From NCBI RefSeq assembly GCF_963921235.1, contig NC_086101.1, positions 4,838,001 to 4,902,000 on the forward strand: 64,000 nucleotides of DNA. Direction: 5' to 3'. Below the pieces are notes generated by a model. It had not been told where the DNA came from. It worked only from the letters and a program-made list of their open reading frames with translations, and did no database searches. The DNA comes from Mobula hypostoma (taxonomy: Eukaryota). How positions within the stretch are numbered: the stretch's first letter is position 1; every line of letters starts with the position of its first letter. The position numbers and the translations under genes are program-made. Shown in pieces: positions 26,717-40,113 of this stretch.

Positions 26717-27056
26717 CAGCGCCTATAAAAAGTATTCACCCCCTTGGAAGTTTGCACATTTTTTTGTTTTACAACATTGAATCACAGTGGATTTATTTTG
26801 GCGTTTTTTTGACACTGATGAACAGAAAAAGACTCGTCAAAGTGAAAACAGATCTCCACAAAGTGATCTGCATTAATTACAAATATAAAACACAAAATAA
26901 TTGATTGCCTAAGTGTTCACCCCCTTTAATATGTCACACCAAATCATCACTGGTGCAGCCAATTGGTTTTGGAAGTTACATAATTGGTCAAATGGAGATC
27001 ACTGTGTGCAGTCAAGGTGTTTCAACTGATCATAGTAAAAATACACCTGTATCTGG
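26717..27056 (+). mobile_element. Truncated Tc1-like end
   Basis: TA followed by cagcgcctataaaaagtattcacccccttgg, with an internal direct repeat aagtgttcaccccct near 26911. Confidence 0.7.
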
Positions 27057-27169
27057 AATTGGGACAACAGCGATACATTTGTGTGCCAAGAGGATTTGAT
27101 CCATGAGGCATACAACTCCACCCCTGCTTTTGAGAGACTCCTGACGGCGTAAGTGAACCCGTCAATCTG

Positions 27170-28515
27170 ATAACAGAACATTTGGAAAGCGGTGAAATCA
27201 TCGGACAAAGTCAGCATGGATTTGTGAAAGGAAAATCATGTCTGACGAATCTCATAGAATTTTTTGAGGATGTAACTAGTAGAGTGGATAAGGGAGAACC
27301 AGTGGATGTGGTATATTTGGATTTTCAAAAGGCTTTTGACAAGGTCCCACACAGGAGATCAGTGTACAAACTTAAAGCACACGGTATTGGGGGTAAGGTA
27401 TTGATGTGGATAGAGAATTGGTTAGCAGACAGGAAGCAAAAAGTGGGAATAAACGGGACCTTTTCAGAATGGCAGGCAGTGACTAGTGGGGTACCGCAAG
27501 GCTCAGTGCTGGAAGCCCAGTTGTTTACAATATATATTAATGACTTGGATGAGGGACTTAAATGCAGCATCTCCAAGTTTGCGGATGACACGAAGCTGGG
27601 CGGCAGTGTTAGCTGTGAGGAGGATGCTAAGAGGATGCAGGGTGACTTGGATAGGTTAGGTGAGTGGGCAAATTCATGGCAGATGCAATTTAATGTGGAT
27701 AAATGTGAGGTTATCCACTTTGGTGGCAAAAACAGGAAAACAGATTATTATCTGAATGGTGGCCAATTAGGAAAAGGGGAGGTGCAACGAGACCTGGGTG
27801 TCATTATACACCAGTCATTGAAAGTGGGCATGCAGGTACAGCAGGCGGTGAAAAAGGCGAATGGTATGCTGGCATTCATAGCAAGAGGATTCGAGTACAG
27901 GAGCAGGGAGGTACTACTGCAGTTGTACAAGGCCTTGGTGAGACCACACCTGGAATATTGTGTGCAGTTTTGGTCCCCTAATCTGAGGAAAGACATTCTT
28001 GCCATAGAGGGAGTACAAAGAAGGTTCACCAGATTGATTCCTGGGATGGCAGGACTTTCGTATGATGAAAGACTGGATCGACTAGGCTTATACTCGTTGG
28101 AATTTAGAAGATTGAGGGGGGGATCTTATTGAAACGTATAAAATCCTAAAGGGATTGGACAGGCTAGATGCAGAAGATTGTTCCCGATGTTGGGGAAGTC
28201 CAGAACGAGGGGTCACAGTTTGAGGATAAAGGGGAAGCCTTTTAGGACCAAGATTAGGAAAAACTTCTTCACAGAGAGTGGTGAATCTGTGGAATCCTCT
28301 GCCACAGGAAATAGTTGAGGCCAGTTCATTGGCTATATTTAAGAGGGAGTTAGATAAGGCCCTTGTGGCTAAAGGGATCAGGGGGTATGGGGGGAGAAGG
28401 CTGGTACAGGGTTCTGAGTTGGATGATCAGCCATGATCATACTGAATGGCGGTGCCCAGGCTCGAAGGGCCGAATGGCCTACTCCTGCACCTATTTTCTA
28501 TGTTTCTATATTTCT
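27170..28515 (+). mobile_element. CR1 LINE, 5'-truncated, relatively young
   Basis: 316-aa RT ORF at 27182-28132 ([31 protein letters not shown]), followed by a tttctatg tail. Confidence 0.93.
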
Positions 28516-29103
28516 ATCACTGTGTCCGGTGCGATATGGTACGGTAGAGGGACATGGATTGTGGCCTCTGCTATCTGAAGAGGCTAACAAGCTGCGTCAC
28601 TGTACTGCATTGTCGCGGACAGGAAGGCTCTAAACGGGTAGACAAAACCAGTGCATCGCTGGCAGCAGCCTACCCACCTTCAAGGACATGAATACTGAAA
28701 GGTGCAGGAAAAAGGCCTGTAACCTCATGAAGGATCCCACGTATCCTGCCCATGGACTGTTTGTCCCTCTCCCATCAGGGAGGAGGCTGTGTAGCACCCA
28801 CGCCAGGACCACCAGACTCAAAAACAGTGACTTTCCCCAAGCAGTAAGGCTGATCAGCACCTCCACCCACTAACCAAATCTTCCACATCCCCAACAATCA
28901 GTTTCCTGTCAGTCACTTTATGGACATACTCTCAATCTCTGTATAGTAAGCTATCTATGTATTTATATTTATTGTGTTTTTATTATTCTGGGGTTTTTTT
29001 TGTGCTGGGTCCTATCCGGAGTAACAGTGTTTTCCTTTACACGTCTGTACTGGGTGTACCGCAATGGTTGTGTTGACAAATCATTCCATGTCCGATTTTC
29101 CAG

Positions 29104-29195
29104 AATACTGAACTGAAGCTGGGATCGGGTAATCGGAAAGCAGCCTGTGTGATGGCCTTCCTGCTCTTCGTCGCGTTCACCTTTGGACCAGCCAG
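29104..29195 (+). CDS. ATF6B: ATF6-beta exon encoding the juxtamembrane region and transmembrane helix (92 nt, phase 0-2)
   Basis: Acceptor tccgattttccag|AAT and donor CAG|gtgaga. Translates NTELKLGSGNRKAACVMAFLLFVAFTFGPA(S), versus human ATF6B as recalled, NSELKLGSGNRKVVCIMVFLLFIAFNFGPVS. Not captured by the ORF track. Confidence 0.95.
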
Positions 29196-29952
29196 GTGAG
29201 AAAGTCATCATGAAACCCCGGTTTAGTGCAGTCTCTTGTCTAGTGTTTGAGGTTAAAGGCATGGCCGGTCAGTGCCTGCATTTACTCAGCAAGTCGTTTA
29301 TTCTCCCAGCACCGTGTGTGTGTGTGTGTTGTTCAGTTTTTCCAGCATCTGCAGAATCTTGTGGTTATGATCTGCATTTATTGTCCTGATGTGAGATCAC
29401 AACCTGAGGCATCAATGGTTTCTTTCCATAAGAACCAGTTGCTTGTGGCAGCAATACATAACTTAAACAGTGCAGGACCTTCAGTCAGCTCCATCTGGGG
29501 CACTAGCATACCCACCATCGAGGACAGCTTTGAAAGGCGGCATCCATCTGTAGGGACTCCCGTCCCCCATGGCGTGCCCTCTCCTCGTTGCTTTCGTCGG
29601 GGATGAAGTGCAGGGTTATGTATGCGTGGAGCAAGAATGACAACGGAGTAAGAGGATTAAATGTTTTTACCGAGTCTTGTTAGCCACGGTGGAAGCCAAG
29701 CTGTGCAGGAGCAATAACACGGGCCTGCTGAAATGAAAACATCAAACTCGAAAACCCGCACTCAGACAAGAGAGGCCTTCCACTTTGGACGCCCAGCTCA
29801 TTCACTGCATGATCAGTTGGCCACGTGTACTGGCCACATTTTTACAATTGATTCAATACGGTGTGGGGACATACTAGGATTGGAAAGGGATGCAGGGGTA
29901 TGGACCTAATTAATGAATCTCCAAATTGTGTATGATGACACATATGTACTTT

Positions 29953-30489
29953 AACATAGAACATAGAATAGTACAGCACGGTACAGGCCCTTCCGCCCAC
30001 AATGTTGTGCTGACCCTCAAACCCTGCCTCCCATATAACCTCCCACCTTAAATTCCTCCATATACCTGTCTAGTAGTCTCTTAAACTTCACTAGTGTATC
30101 TGCCTCCACCACTGACTCAGGCAGTGCATTCCACGCACCAACCACTCTCTGAGTAAAAAACCTTCCTCTAATTTCCCCCTTGAAGTTCCCACCCCTTACC
30201 TTAAAGCCATGCCCTCTTGTATTGAGCAGTGGTGCCCTGGGGAAGAAGTGCTGGCTATCCACTCTATCTATTCCTCTTATTATCTTATACACCTCTATCA
30301 TGTCTCCTCTCATCCTCCTCCTCTCCAAAGAGTAAAGCCCTAGCTCCCTTAATCTCTGATCGTCATGTATACTCTCTAAACCAGGCAGCATCCTGGTAAA
30401 TTTCCTCTGTACCCTTTCCAATGCTTCCACATCCTTCCTATAGTGAGGTGACCAGAACTGGACACAGTACTCCAAGTGTGGCCGAACCA
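29953..30489 (-). mobile_element. CR1 3' fragment of the same subfamily as the 40-44 kb element
   Basis: Its translation aligns to the end of ORF 41963-43981 with about 15 differences over about 155 aa, and it shares the 3' UTR. Confidence 0.93.
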
Positions 30490-32814
30490 CACTTTGATAC
30501 TTTGATAATAAATTTACGTTCAACTAATTCGGGCAAATGGTGGCACAAGGCATCAATGAGGATGTCTGAAAGTGCCCATTTCTGTTCTTCTATGAAATAA
30601 GTTTGTTTATTTCCATCTGACAGTACACATATACAACCATACAAAACAATGTTCCTCCAGACCACAGTGCACCCACAGTAAACAGCCCGCTGTCCTTGTG
30701 ATGAGATCTCGGTGGTGGCAGGGTATTCATTAGTCTCACAGGCTGAGGGAAGAAGCTGTTACCCAGTCTGGCGGTCCTAGTCCTGATGCTCCTGTACCTC
30801 CTTCCTGACCATAGTGGGTCAAAGATTGTGCAATGGGTGGTAGGGATCCTCAACAATGCTCTGGGACCTTCGTCCACAGCACTCCTGGTAAATTTCCCTG
30901 GAAGTGGTCCAGAGAAGATCCACAAGAACAAATCCAGAAATGTAAGGGTTAATGTACGAGGAGCGTTTGATGGCTCTGGGCCTGTACTCTCTGGAGTTTA
31001 GAAGAAACCTATTGAATATTGCAAGGCCTAGATAGAGTGGACGTGGAGAGGATGTAGTGAGTCTGGGACCAGAGGGCGCAGCCTCAGAATGGAGGGATGT
31101 TCATTTAGAGCAGAAATGAGGAGGAATCTCTTTAGCCAGACGCTGGTGTATGTGTGGAATTTATTGCCACCTACAGCTGTGGAGACCAAGTTATCGAGGT
31201 TGATAGGTTCTTGATTAGTAAGGACATAAAAGGTTACAGGGAGAAAACAGGAATTTGATTGAGATGGAATAGTAGAGCAGACTCGATGGGCCAAATGGTC
31301 TAATTCTTCATGTCTTATGGTCTAAATGTCACAGATGGGGCGGGGGGTGGAGGGAAATGGAGACCCCAGTGATTTTCTCAGCAGGCTTGTAGGGGGATAA
31401 GGCACTGGTTCAGGGCTGACTGGATTACTCTGCAAAGAGCCAGTGGCACAGACACAAACAGCCTAAGGGCCTTTTTCTACATTGTAAGATTCAACAGTTC
31501 CACTGTCGGAGCGCAGATCTAGAAATTGCCTCAGCTTTGCAAGGGTTAATTCAGGTAACACTTATTTGCATATTAGCAGCAGCCAGTACCTCAGGTGTTG
31601 AAACAGGTGAGATGTGCTCCAGTGCTTAAACTGTGCCTCGTGTCACGCAGCCTACCAAGCACAGATAATAGATTGTGGCGTGCCTGAACAAAGAGCGCAC
31701 AAGTCTTTAGAAATCACTGAGAGAGGAGAGACATGATAACCACGTGTCCCAAACGATTCCCATGAAGATCTGAATAATCCCCTCATCAGTGAACATGGAG
31801 CATTACGGCAGAGTGCAGGCCGTTCGGCCGAACCGTCAATCTATCTCTAGATCAATCTGACCCTTACCTTCCCTCCTACAGAGCCCACCACTGTGCCTGC
31901 CTAAGAATCCCCCAATCTCCTCTACCACCACCCCTGGTTGCGTGTTCCATGCACCCAGCACTCTCTGTATTTAAAAACGAAACCCTGTCAAGCCTCCTCC
32001 ATCCTCCCTTCCTCCAAAGAGAAAAGTCCTATCTTGCTCAATCTATCCTCAATACGACATGCTCTCTAATCCAAGCTGCATCCTGGCGAATCACCATCTC
32101 TAAAGCTTCCACATCCTTCCTATAATGAGATGACCAGAACAGAACATAATATTCCAAATGTGGGCTAACTAAGGTTTTGTAGAGCTGCAAGGTTACCTCA
32201 CGACTGTTGAACTCAAGATAAAGTGTTCTCTGCATTCTTATTTACCGCTCACAAGTTGGACCAGCAGCCCATTGAGTCTGCTCCACCATTCCTCATTCCT
32301 GCTGACTCATACCTCTCAATCCCATTCTCCTGCCTTTTCCCTGTAACCTTTGTTTCCCAGCTATCTATCAGACTCTGCTGCAAATGTACCCAATGACTCG
32401 GCCTCCACAGCACGGGCTAAAGAAATTCCTTCTCATCTCTGGTCAAAATTGATGTCCCTCTATTCTCAGGCAGTGCCTTCTGGTCTGAGACTCCCCCACT
32501 GTAGGAAACTTCCTCTCCACATCCACTCTCTCTGGGCCTGTCAATATTCAATAGATTTCAATGAGATTCCCACCCCCATTCTTCTAAACACCAGTGAGTA
32601 CAGACCCAGAGTTATCAAACACTCCTCGTGTGTTAACCCTTTCGTTCCCAAGAATCATTCTCGTGAACGTCCCCTGGACCCTCTTCAATAGCAGCACATC
32701 TTTAGGATAAGGGACCCAAAACTGCTTACTGTACTCCCAGTGCAGTCTGACTAATGTCTTATAAAGCCTCAATATTACATCCTTGCTTTTATATTCTTGT
32801 CCTCTGGAAATATA

Positions 32815-34450
32815 ACATATAACCATATAACGACTACAGCACGGAAACAGGCGATCTCGCCCCTTCTAGTCCATGCCGAACGCTTACTCTCACCTAGTCC
32901 CATCTACCTGCACTCAGCCCATAACCCTCCATTCCTTTCCTGTCCATATACCTATCCAATTTTTTTTTTAATGATTAAATCAAACATGCCTCAACCACTT
33001 CTACTGGAAGCTCGTTCCACACAGCTGCCACTCTCTGAGTAAAGAAGTTTCCCCTTGTGTTACCCCTAAACTTTTGCCCCTTAACTCTCAACTCATGCCC
33101 TCTTGTTTGAAACTGCCCTACTCTCAATGGATAAAGCCTATCTACGTCAACTCTGTCTATCCCCCTCATAATTTTAAATACCTCTTATCAAGTTCCCCCT
33201 CAACCTTCTACGCTCCAAAGAATAAAGACCTAACTTGTTCAACCTTCTCTGTAACTTAGGTGCTGAAACCCAGGTAACATTCTGGTAAATCTCCTCTGTA
33301 CTGTCTCTATTTTGTTGACATCTTTCATATAATTCGGTGACCAGAACTGTACACAATACTTCAAATTTGGCCTCACCAATGCCTTGTACAATTTTGACAT
33401 TGCATCCCAACCCCTATACTCAGTGCTCTGATTAATAAAGGCCAGCATACCAATAGCTTTCTTCATCACCCTATCCACATGAGATTCCACCTTCAGGGAA
33501 CTATGCACCATTATTCCTAGATCCCTCTGTTCTACTGCATTCTTCAATGCCCTACCATTTACCATGTATGTCCCATTTTGATTAGTCCTACCAAAATGTA
33601 GCACCTCACACTTATCAGCATTAAACTCCCATCTGCCATCTTTCAGCCCACTCTTCTAATTGGCCCAAATCTCTCTGCAAGCTTTGAAAGCCTTCCTCAT
33701 TATCCACAATGCCACCGAGCTTAGTATCATCTGCATACTTACTAATCCAATTTACCACCTCATCATCCAGATCATTAATGTATATGACAAACAACATTGG
33801 ACCCAGTACAGATCCCTGAGGCACACCACTAGTTACCGGCCTCCAACATGACAAACAGTTATCCACCACTTCTCTCTGGCATCTCCCATCCAGCCACTGT
33901 TGAATCCATTTTACTACTTCAATATTAATACCTAACGTTTGAATCTTCCTAACTAATCTTCCGTGTGGAACCTTGTCAAAGGCCTTATTGAAGTCCATAT
34001 AGACAACATCCACTGCTTTACTCTCATCAATTTTCCTAGTAACCTCTTCAAAAAATTCAATAAGATCTGTCAAACATGACCTTCCACGTACAAATCCATG
34101 TTGACTGTTCCTAATCAGACCCTGTCTATCCAGATAATTATATATACCATCTCTAAGAATACTTTCCATTTATTTACCCACCACTGACATCAAAATCACA
34201 GGCCGATAATTGCTAAGTTTACTCTTAGAACCCTTTTTAAACAATGGAACAACATGAGCAATACGCCAATCCTCCGGCACCATCCCCGTTTCTAATGACA
34301 TTTGAAATATTTCTGTCAGAGCCCCTGCTATTTCTACACGAACTTCCCTCAAGGTCCTAGGGAATATCTTGTCAGGTTCTGGAGACTTACCCACTTTTAT
34401 ATTTCTTAAAAGTGCCAGTACTTCCTCTTTTTAATCACCATAGTTTCCAT
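32815..34450 (-). mobile_element. CR1 LINE RT fragment
   Basis: ORFs 33621-34169 ([19 protein letters not shown]), 34170-34394 and 33239-33604. Confidence 0.9.
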
Positions 34451-35181
34451 AACTACCCTACTTGTTTTGTATTTGGCTTCCACTGACTCAACCTGAAAGT
34501 TAAATTTACTTTGAGGAGTTCTGAGATTTTTTTAAAGTTCTCAAAAAAGCAAAATGCTCAAGGGGCCCAGCAGACGAGGTGCTGGGGAAATGTATCTCCT
34601 GCCTGAGAGGTCTGAAAACCTACAGCAGCAGTCGCAGAATAAGGAATAAACTGTTCAGGCCTGAGGCGAGGGGGAGGTCTGAAAATTCACTTATCAAACT
34701 TATTTGTAACAAAGACCAAAGATGGTAGCACAATATTGTAGCAGTCAGTGAAATCACTTCACAGAGCCATTTACAGGGGTGATTTGAATATCCTTCCTTT
34801 GGCTGAGACAGGTGTGATGGGCCGATTGGCCTCATTCTGTTCCATAAGCCTTTTTGGCTATAAAGCGGATGGAGATCATTGCCAGAGACAGCTGTGGAGG
34901 CCAGGTCATTGAGTGTATTTACCGTGGAGGTTGATGGGTGTCAAAGGTTACAGGGAGAAGGCAGGAGAATGTGGCTGAGAGGGATAATAACTCCGCCGTG
35001 GTGGAATGACGGAGCGACTCGTTGGGCTGAATGGCCCAGTTCTGCTCCTGTGCCTTCTGGGGTTACGGTGTTGTCTCGTGGTTGTGAATGATGCGTGGGG
35101 GAAGTGATTTGCAGCTGATTGTCGAAGCCACTCTGCGTACTGCTCGGATTACCACTGTTTCTTTTGTCTGCTCCATGCCAG

Positions 35182-35325
35182 TATCACAGAGAAGGCCGAC
35201 CTCGTCCACAAGCAGCAAGATGATACCTATGTGCGGCGACACCTGCTTACTTTCAAAGAGGAGCAGGCCACCGAGAGTCTGGCACAGCAGGCAACAAAGG
35301 ATTATAGGCAGCAGGACAAATTCAG
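35182..35325 (+). CDS. ATF6B: ATF6-beta luminal exon containing the site-1 protease motif RHLL (144 nt, phase 2-2)
   Basis: Acceptor tttcttttgtctgctccatgccag|T and donor CAG|gtacat. Translates (S)ITEKADLVHKQQDDTYVRRHLLTFKEEQATESLAQQATKDYRQQDKF(S). RRHLL is the ATF6 RxxL S1P site, and the frame continues from the previous exon. Confidence 0.9.
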
Positions 35326-35399
35326 GTACATACCACACTCATTCAGCAATGGCATCTCAACTAACTGTCTGCTTCCTGGACGTTGCTTTTTGGGAATTG

Positions 35400-37312
35400 G
35401 GACGCTTTTAAAATCCAACAAAAGGCAACTGAAAAAGCTATAAGGAGGGGAAAGATGAAATATGAGGGAAAACTAGCCAATAACATAAAGCAGGATGCTG
35501 AACATTTTCTCACTTATATAAAGAGTAAAAGGGAGGTGCAAATTGATATTGGACCGCTGGAAAATGGTGGTAATGGGGGACAAAGAAATGGCAGATGAAC
35601 TTAATGGGTACTTTGCATCTGTCTTCACTGTGGAAGACACTAGCAGTGTGGCAGAGATCCGTGAGTGTCAAAGAGCAGGAGTGAGTGCCATTACTATTAC
35701 AAAGAAATACGTGTTAGGCAAACGTAAAGGTCTTAAAGTGGATAAGTCACCTGGGCCAGATGGAGTACATCCCAGAGTCCTGAGAAAGGTTGTTGAAGAA
35801 ACAATTGATTCATTGGTCATAATCTTTCAAGAATCACTTGATTCTGGCTTGGTCCTGGAGGACTGCAATATTGCAACTGTCACTCCACTCTTTAAGAAGG
35901 AAGGAAGGCAAAAGAAAGGAAATTGTAGGCCAGTTAGCCTAACCTCGGTGGTTGGGAAAGTGTTCGGGTCCCTTATTAAGATGAGGTTTCGAGGTACTTG
36001 GAGACTAATGATAAAATAAGTGAAAGTTGGCATGGTTTCTGTGAAGGGAAATCTTTCCTAACAGATCTGGAGATCTTCGAGGAAGTAACAAGCAGGATGG
36101 ACAAAGGAGAAGTAGTAGATGTAATTTACTTGGATTTTCATAAGGCATTTGATAAAGTGCCACACATGAGGCTGCTTAACAAGATAAAATCCTGTGGCGT
36201 TACGGGAAAGATACTGGCGTGGATAGAGGAATGGCTGACAGGCGGGAGGCAGAGAGTGGCAATAAAAGGGGGCTTTTTCTGGTTGGCTGCCAGTGACTAG
36301 TGGTGTTCCTCAGGAGTCAGTATTGGAAACGCTACTTTTCACATTGCTTGTCAATGATTTACATAATAGAATTGATGGATTTGTGGCAGTTTGCGGATGA
36401 TACAAAGATAGGTGGAGGGGTAGGTAGTGTTGAGGAAGTGATGCGATTGCAGCAGGACTTGGACAAATTGGAAGAATGGGCAAAAGGTAGCATATGGAAT
36501 ACGCTGTCGGGAAATTATGATATTGCATTTTGGTAAAAGGAACAATAGTGCGGACTATTATCTAAATGGGGAGAAGGTTCAAACCTCGGGTGTAGAGGGA
36601 CTTAGGAGTTCTCGTGTAAGACTCTTTAAAGGTTAATTTACAGGTTGAGTCTGTGGTAAAGAAAGCAAATGCAATTTTGGCATTTATTTTAAGGGGAATA
36701 AAATATAAAAGCAAGGAGATAATGCTGAGGCCTTATAAGACACTAGTCAGGCTGCTCTTAGAGTATTGTGAACAGTTTTGGACCCCATATCTCAAAAGGA
36801 TTTGTTGTCAATGGAGGGAATCTAGAGGAGGTTCATGAGGATGATTCTGGGAATGAAGGGGTTAACATATGAGGAGCATCTGGCAGCTTTGGGCCTGTAC
36901 TCGCTGGAATTTAGAAGAATGCAGGAGGATCTCCTTGAAAATCTACTGAATATTAAAAGCACTAGATAGGGTGGAAGTGGAGAGAATGTTTCATATGATG
37001 GAGGGTATCCAGAACTGGAGGGCACAGCCTCAAAATTGAGGAGTGACATTTTAGAACAGAGGCAATGAGAAATTTTTTTAGCCGGAGAGTAGTGAATATG
37101 TGGAATACTCTGCTACAGACTGTGGTGGAGGCCATGTCCGTGGGTATATTTAAGGTGAAAGTTGATGGTTTCCTGATCGGTCAGGGCATCAAAGAATATG
37201 GCAAGAAGGCAGGTGTGTGGGTTTGAGTAGGATCCAGGATGAGCCATGATAGAATGGCAGAGCAGACTTGAGGGGCTGAATGGCCTAATTCTGCTCCTAT
37301 GTCTTATGGTCA
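35400..37312 (+). mobile_element. Degenerate CR1 LINE fragment
   Basis: ORFs with [25 protein letters not shown] and QFADDTKI. The 3' UTR ends gtcttatggtc. Confidence 0.88.
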
Positions 37313-40113
37313 TTTCTGTTTATTAAATGTCACAATATGTGTTCCACGTTCACCTTATCAGATTTGAAGCGAGCACATGTTTAATGAGCAGAGATGAAAA
37401 GTCAGATCTGATACTGTAACAAGAGGCTGGACAAACGGCTTGTTTGTCTGGAGCAGCGGAGGCTGAGAGATCTGATGGACGTTTATAAGATTACGCGAGG
37501 CAAAGACAAAGTAGACTGATAATATCTTTTTCCCAGGGTTGAAATGTCTTAATACCAGAGGCCGTGCATTCAATGTGGGAAGGGGTAATTGCAATGGAGA
37601 TGTGAGGGTAAGTTTTTCTTTGCACAGTGAGTGATGGGTGCTTAGGGTGGTGGTAGAGGCAGAAACTTTAGAGACTTTAAGTGACGTTCAGGTAGCCACA
37701 TGAACGTGAGGAAAATGGAAGGATATGGACAAGGCGATTTGTTAGGTTGCCCATTGCATTGCTGATTGAATAGGTTAGGCACAGCATTGTCAGCTGAACG
37801 TCCTCTTCCTGTGCTGTGCTGGTCTGTGTTCTGTGGATTCTGGAAAGCTGCAGCTGATGGAAGCACTCAGCGTGTCGGGCAGTGTCTGTGCAGAGAGAAG
37901 CAGAGTTGCACGTTTTGGGTTGATGAAACGATGGAGGGAGAAGCACAATTCGTGATCACACTTGGTTTCTTGGAATGGAGGGTTTTCAGTTAAATATTGG
38001 AGTGGAGATGTGAGATTTGGAACAGGAATCACATAATATTAGGTTTGACTGCAGATGTCTGTCTTGACCCATCTTGAATCAGAGTTAGGTTTAATATCAC
38101 TGGCATATGTTGTGAAATTTGTTAGCTTTGCAATACGTAATAAAATGAACCACAAATTACATTGGAGATATTTCTATTGGAGTGCAAAAAGAGTGAAAAA
38201 GAAAAAATAGTGAGGTAGTGTATATGGGCATTCAGAGATCTAATGGCGGGGGGGGAGGGAGGGGTGAGAAACTATTCATTCTCACAATTAGATTTATCAT
38301 CACTGACATGGTTGTGAAATTTGTTTTTGCCAGCTGTACAGTGCCATACATAAGTTAAAATAAGGAATAATAAAAAAAAATTAAAAAGTAGTGTGAGTTA
38401 GTGTTCGTGGGTTCAATGTCCATTCAGAAATCTGATGGCGGAGGGGAAGAGACTGTTTCTGAAGTTGAGTGTATGTCTTCAGGCTCCTGTACCTCCTCTC
38501 TGATGGTAGTATGCAAAGAGGGCATGTCCTGGACGGTGAGGGTCCTTTATAAAGGATGCTGCCCTCCTGATGAATCACCTTTTGTGATGTCCTCAGTGCT
38601 GGAGAACCTAGTGCCCATGATGGAACAAACTGACTGTATGACTCTGCAGCTTTTTCTAATCCTGGACCTTAATACTTCCATACCGGACAGCGAGCACCCA
38701 GTCAGAATATTCTCCACAGTATGAATTTGTAGAGGCTTCGATAACATACTCTAGCATCTCCTCAAACTCAGAGTAGAGCCGCTGGCATGCCCATATTCAC
38801 AGTATGAAAGTAGACAAATTCAAGACAACTGGAGACCATGATCCTCACTGTGTACACGCTGCGATTACCTGTAGGTGTACCTTCTCTGAGGATCGTTAAC
38901 TTGTCATGTTGGAGATCCTCATGAGTTTCTGAAAGCGATGCCATCTGGAATTTAGCCTTGTGGCACTGGTAGGGTCACCCATGGTGGTAAGGCCACAGGG
39001 GAGATTCCAGTGAAAGAGCAATCCAACCAAGACCTCAGCGCTGGAGCTGGCAGAAGATGCTGACACATCACAACACACTGAAGGCAGTGAAGTGTCCCCA
39101 GTCATCTTGCATTCCGTGCCACTGGATCCCAACCCCAGTGCGTCAAGGACCGTGTGGCAGCTGCCTGTACACCAGTCTCCCAAAGTCACACTGACGTTCT
39201 CCGTTAAGGGAATCCACCCCCTTGCTGTGCATACGCAAAGGCTCTTGGCCAAGGTATGTGGCGTGCTGGCCTTCATTGGTCAGGGCACTGAGTGTAGAAG
39301 TTGGGAAGTTGCGTTAGAGCTGTGTAAAACTTTAATTAATCAATATTTGCAACGTTGGGTGCACAGCAGCACAGTAGGATAGTGGTTAGTGCAATGTTTT
39401 ACAGTGCTGCCGCTCTCAGTAAGGAGCTTGTACACCTCCCCGTGACTTGGTGCGTTTCCTCTGGATGCTCCAGTGTAGTCCAGTGTTCCAAAGGGGTTAA
39501 TTTCTTGTTGTGGTGTATTGCTCTTTATTCTTATTTATTGCAGAGTACAGCTGCTGCAAAACAAACAATTTTGTGATATTAAACCCGATTCTGATTCTGA
39601 GAAATTAAAGGATGAGAAGATGGCAAATATCCAAATCTGTTCAGTCCATGCCCAGGGATCTAAAAAAGGGTGTGCGTCAAAGATACCTATAAACTAAAGA
39701 TAAAGATTATCTTTATTTGAAATATGCAGTGAAATGCATCGTTTGTGTCAAGTCAAAAACAGCAAGCATTGTGCTAGGGAGCCCGTACGGATCAGTGGGC
39801 ATCCTTGACCTTTCCCACCCAAAGAGGAAAGCCCAAGCTCACTCAGCCTATCCTCATAAGATGTGCTCTCTGGTCCAGAACATGTAATACTGAGTTGCAG
39901 GAATTATGGGATACAGAGAGAGATGATGAGAACTAATCTAAGGGAATTGGGAATTGGGGATGTAGGAATTCACATTAAAAAGGTTGCTTGGCATGGGTGA
40001 GAGGGCACAGGTGAGTGAGTGGGCCAGTGAAGGAGTGGAGCTTTGAGGCTTTGAGTCGAGAGGCTTTGACGAGAAGAGGCGGAGGACAAGCTTGCTCGCA
40101 GTTAGTTTTTACA

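Larger units (their letters stand above)
23680..27170 (-). mobile_element. Rex1/Babar-type LINE (endonuclease and RT fragments), interrupted by CR1 and Tc1 pieces
   Basis: ORFs read PHFGKSDHLAVLLLPEYRQRLK, CLNDYHPVALTSTMMKCFERLV, YKFADNTT and KKARQRLYF. An EN N-terminal remnant lies at about 27060-27170. Confidence 0.85.
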
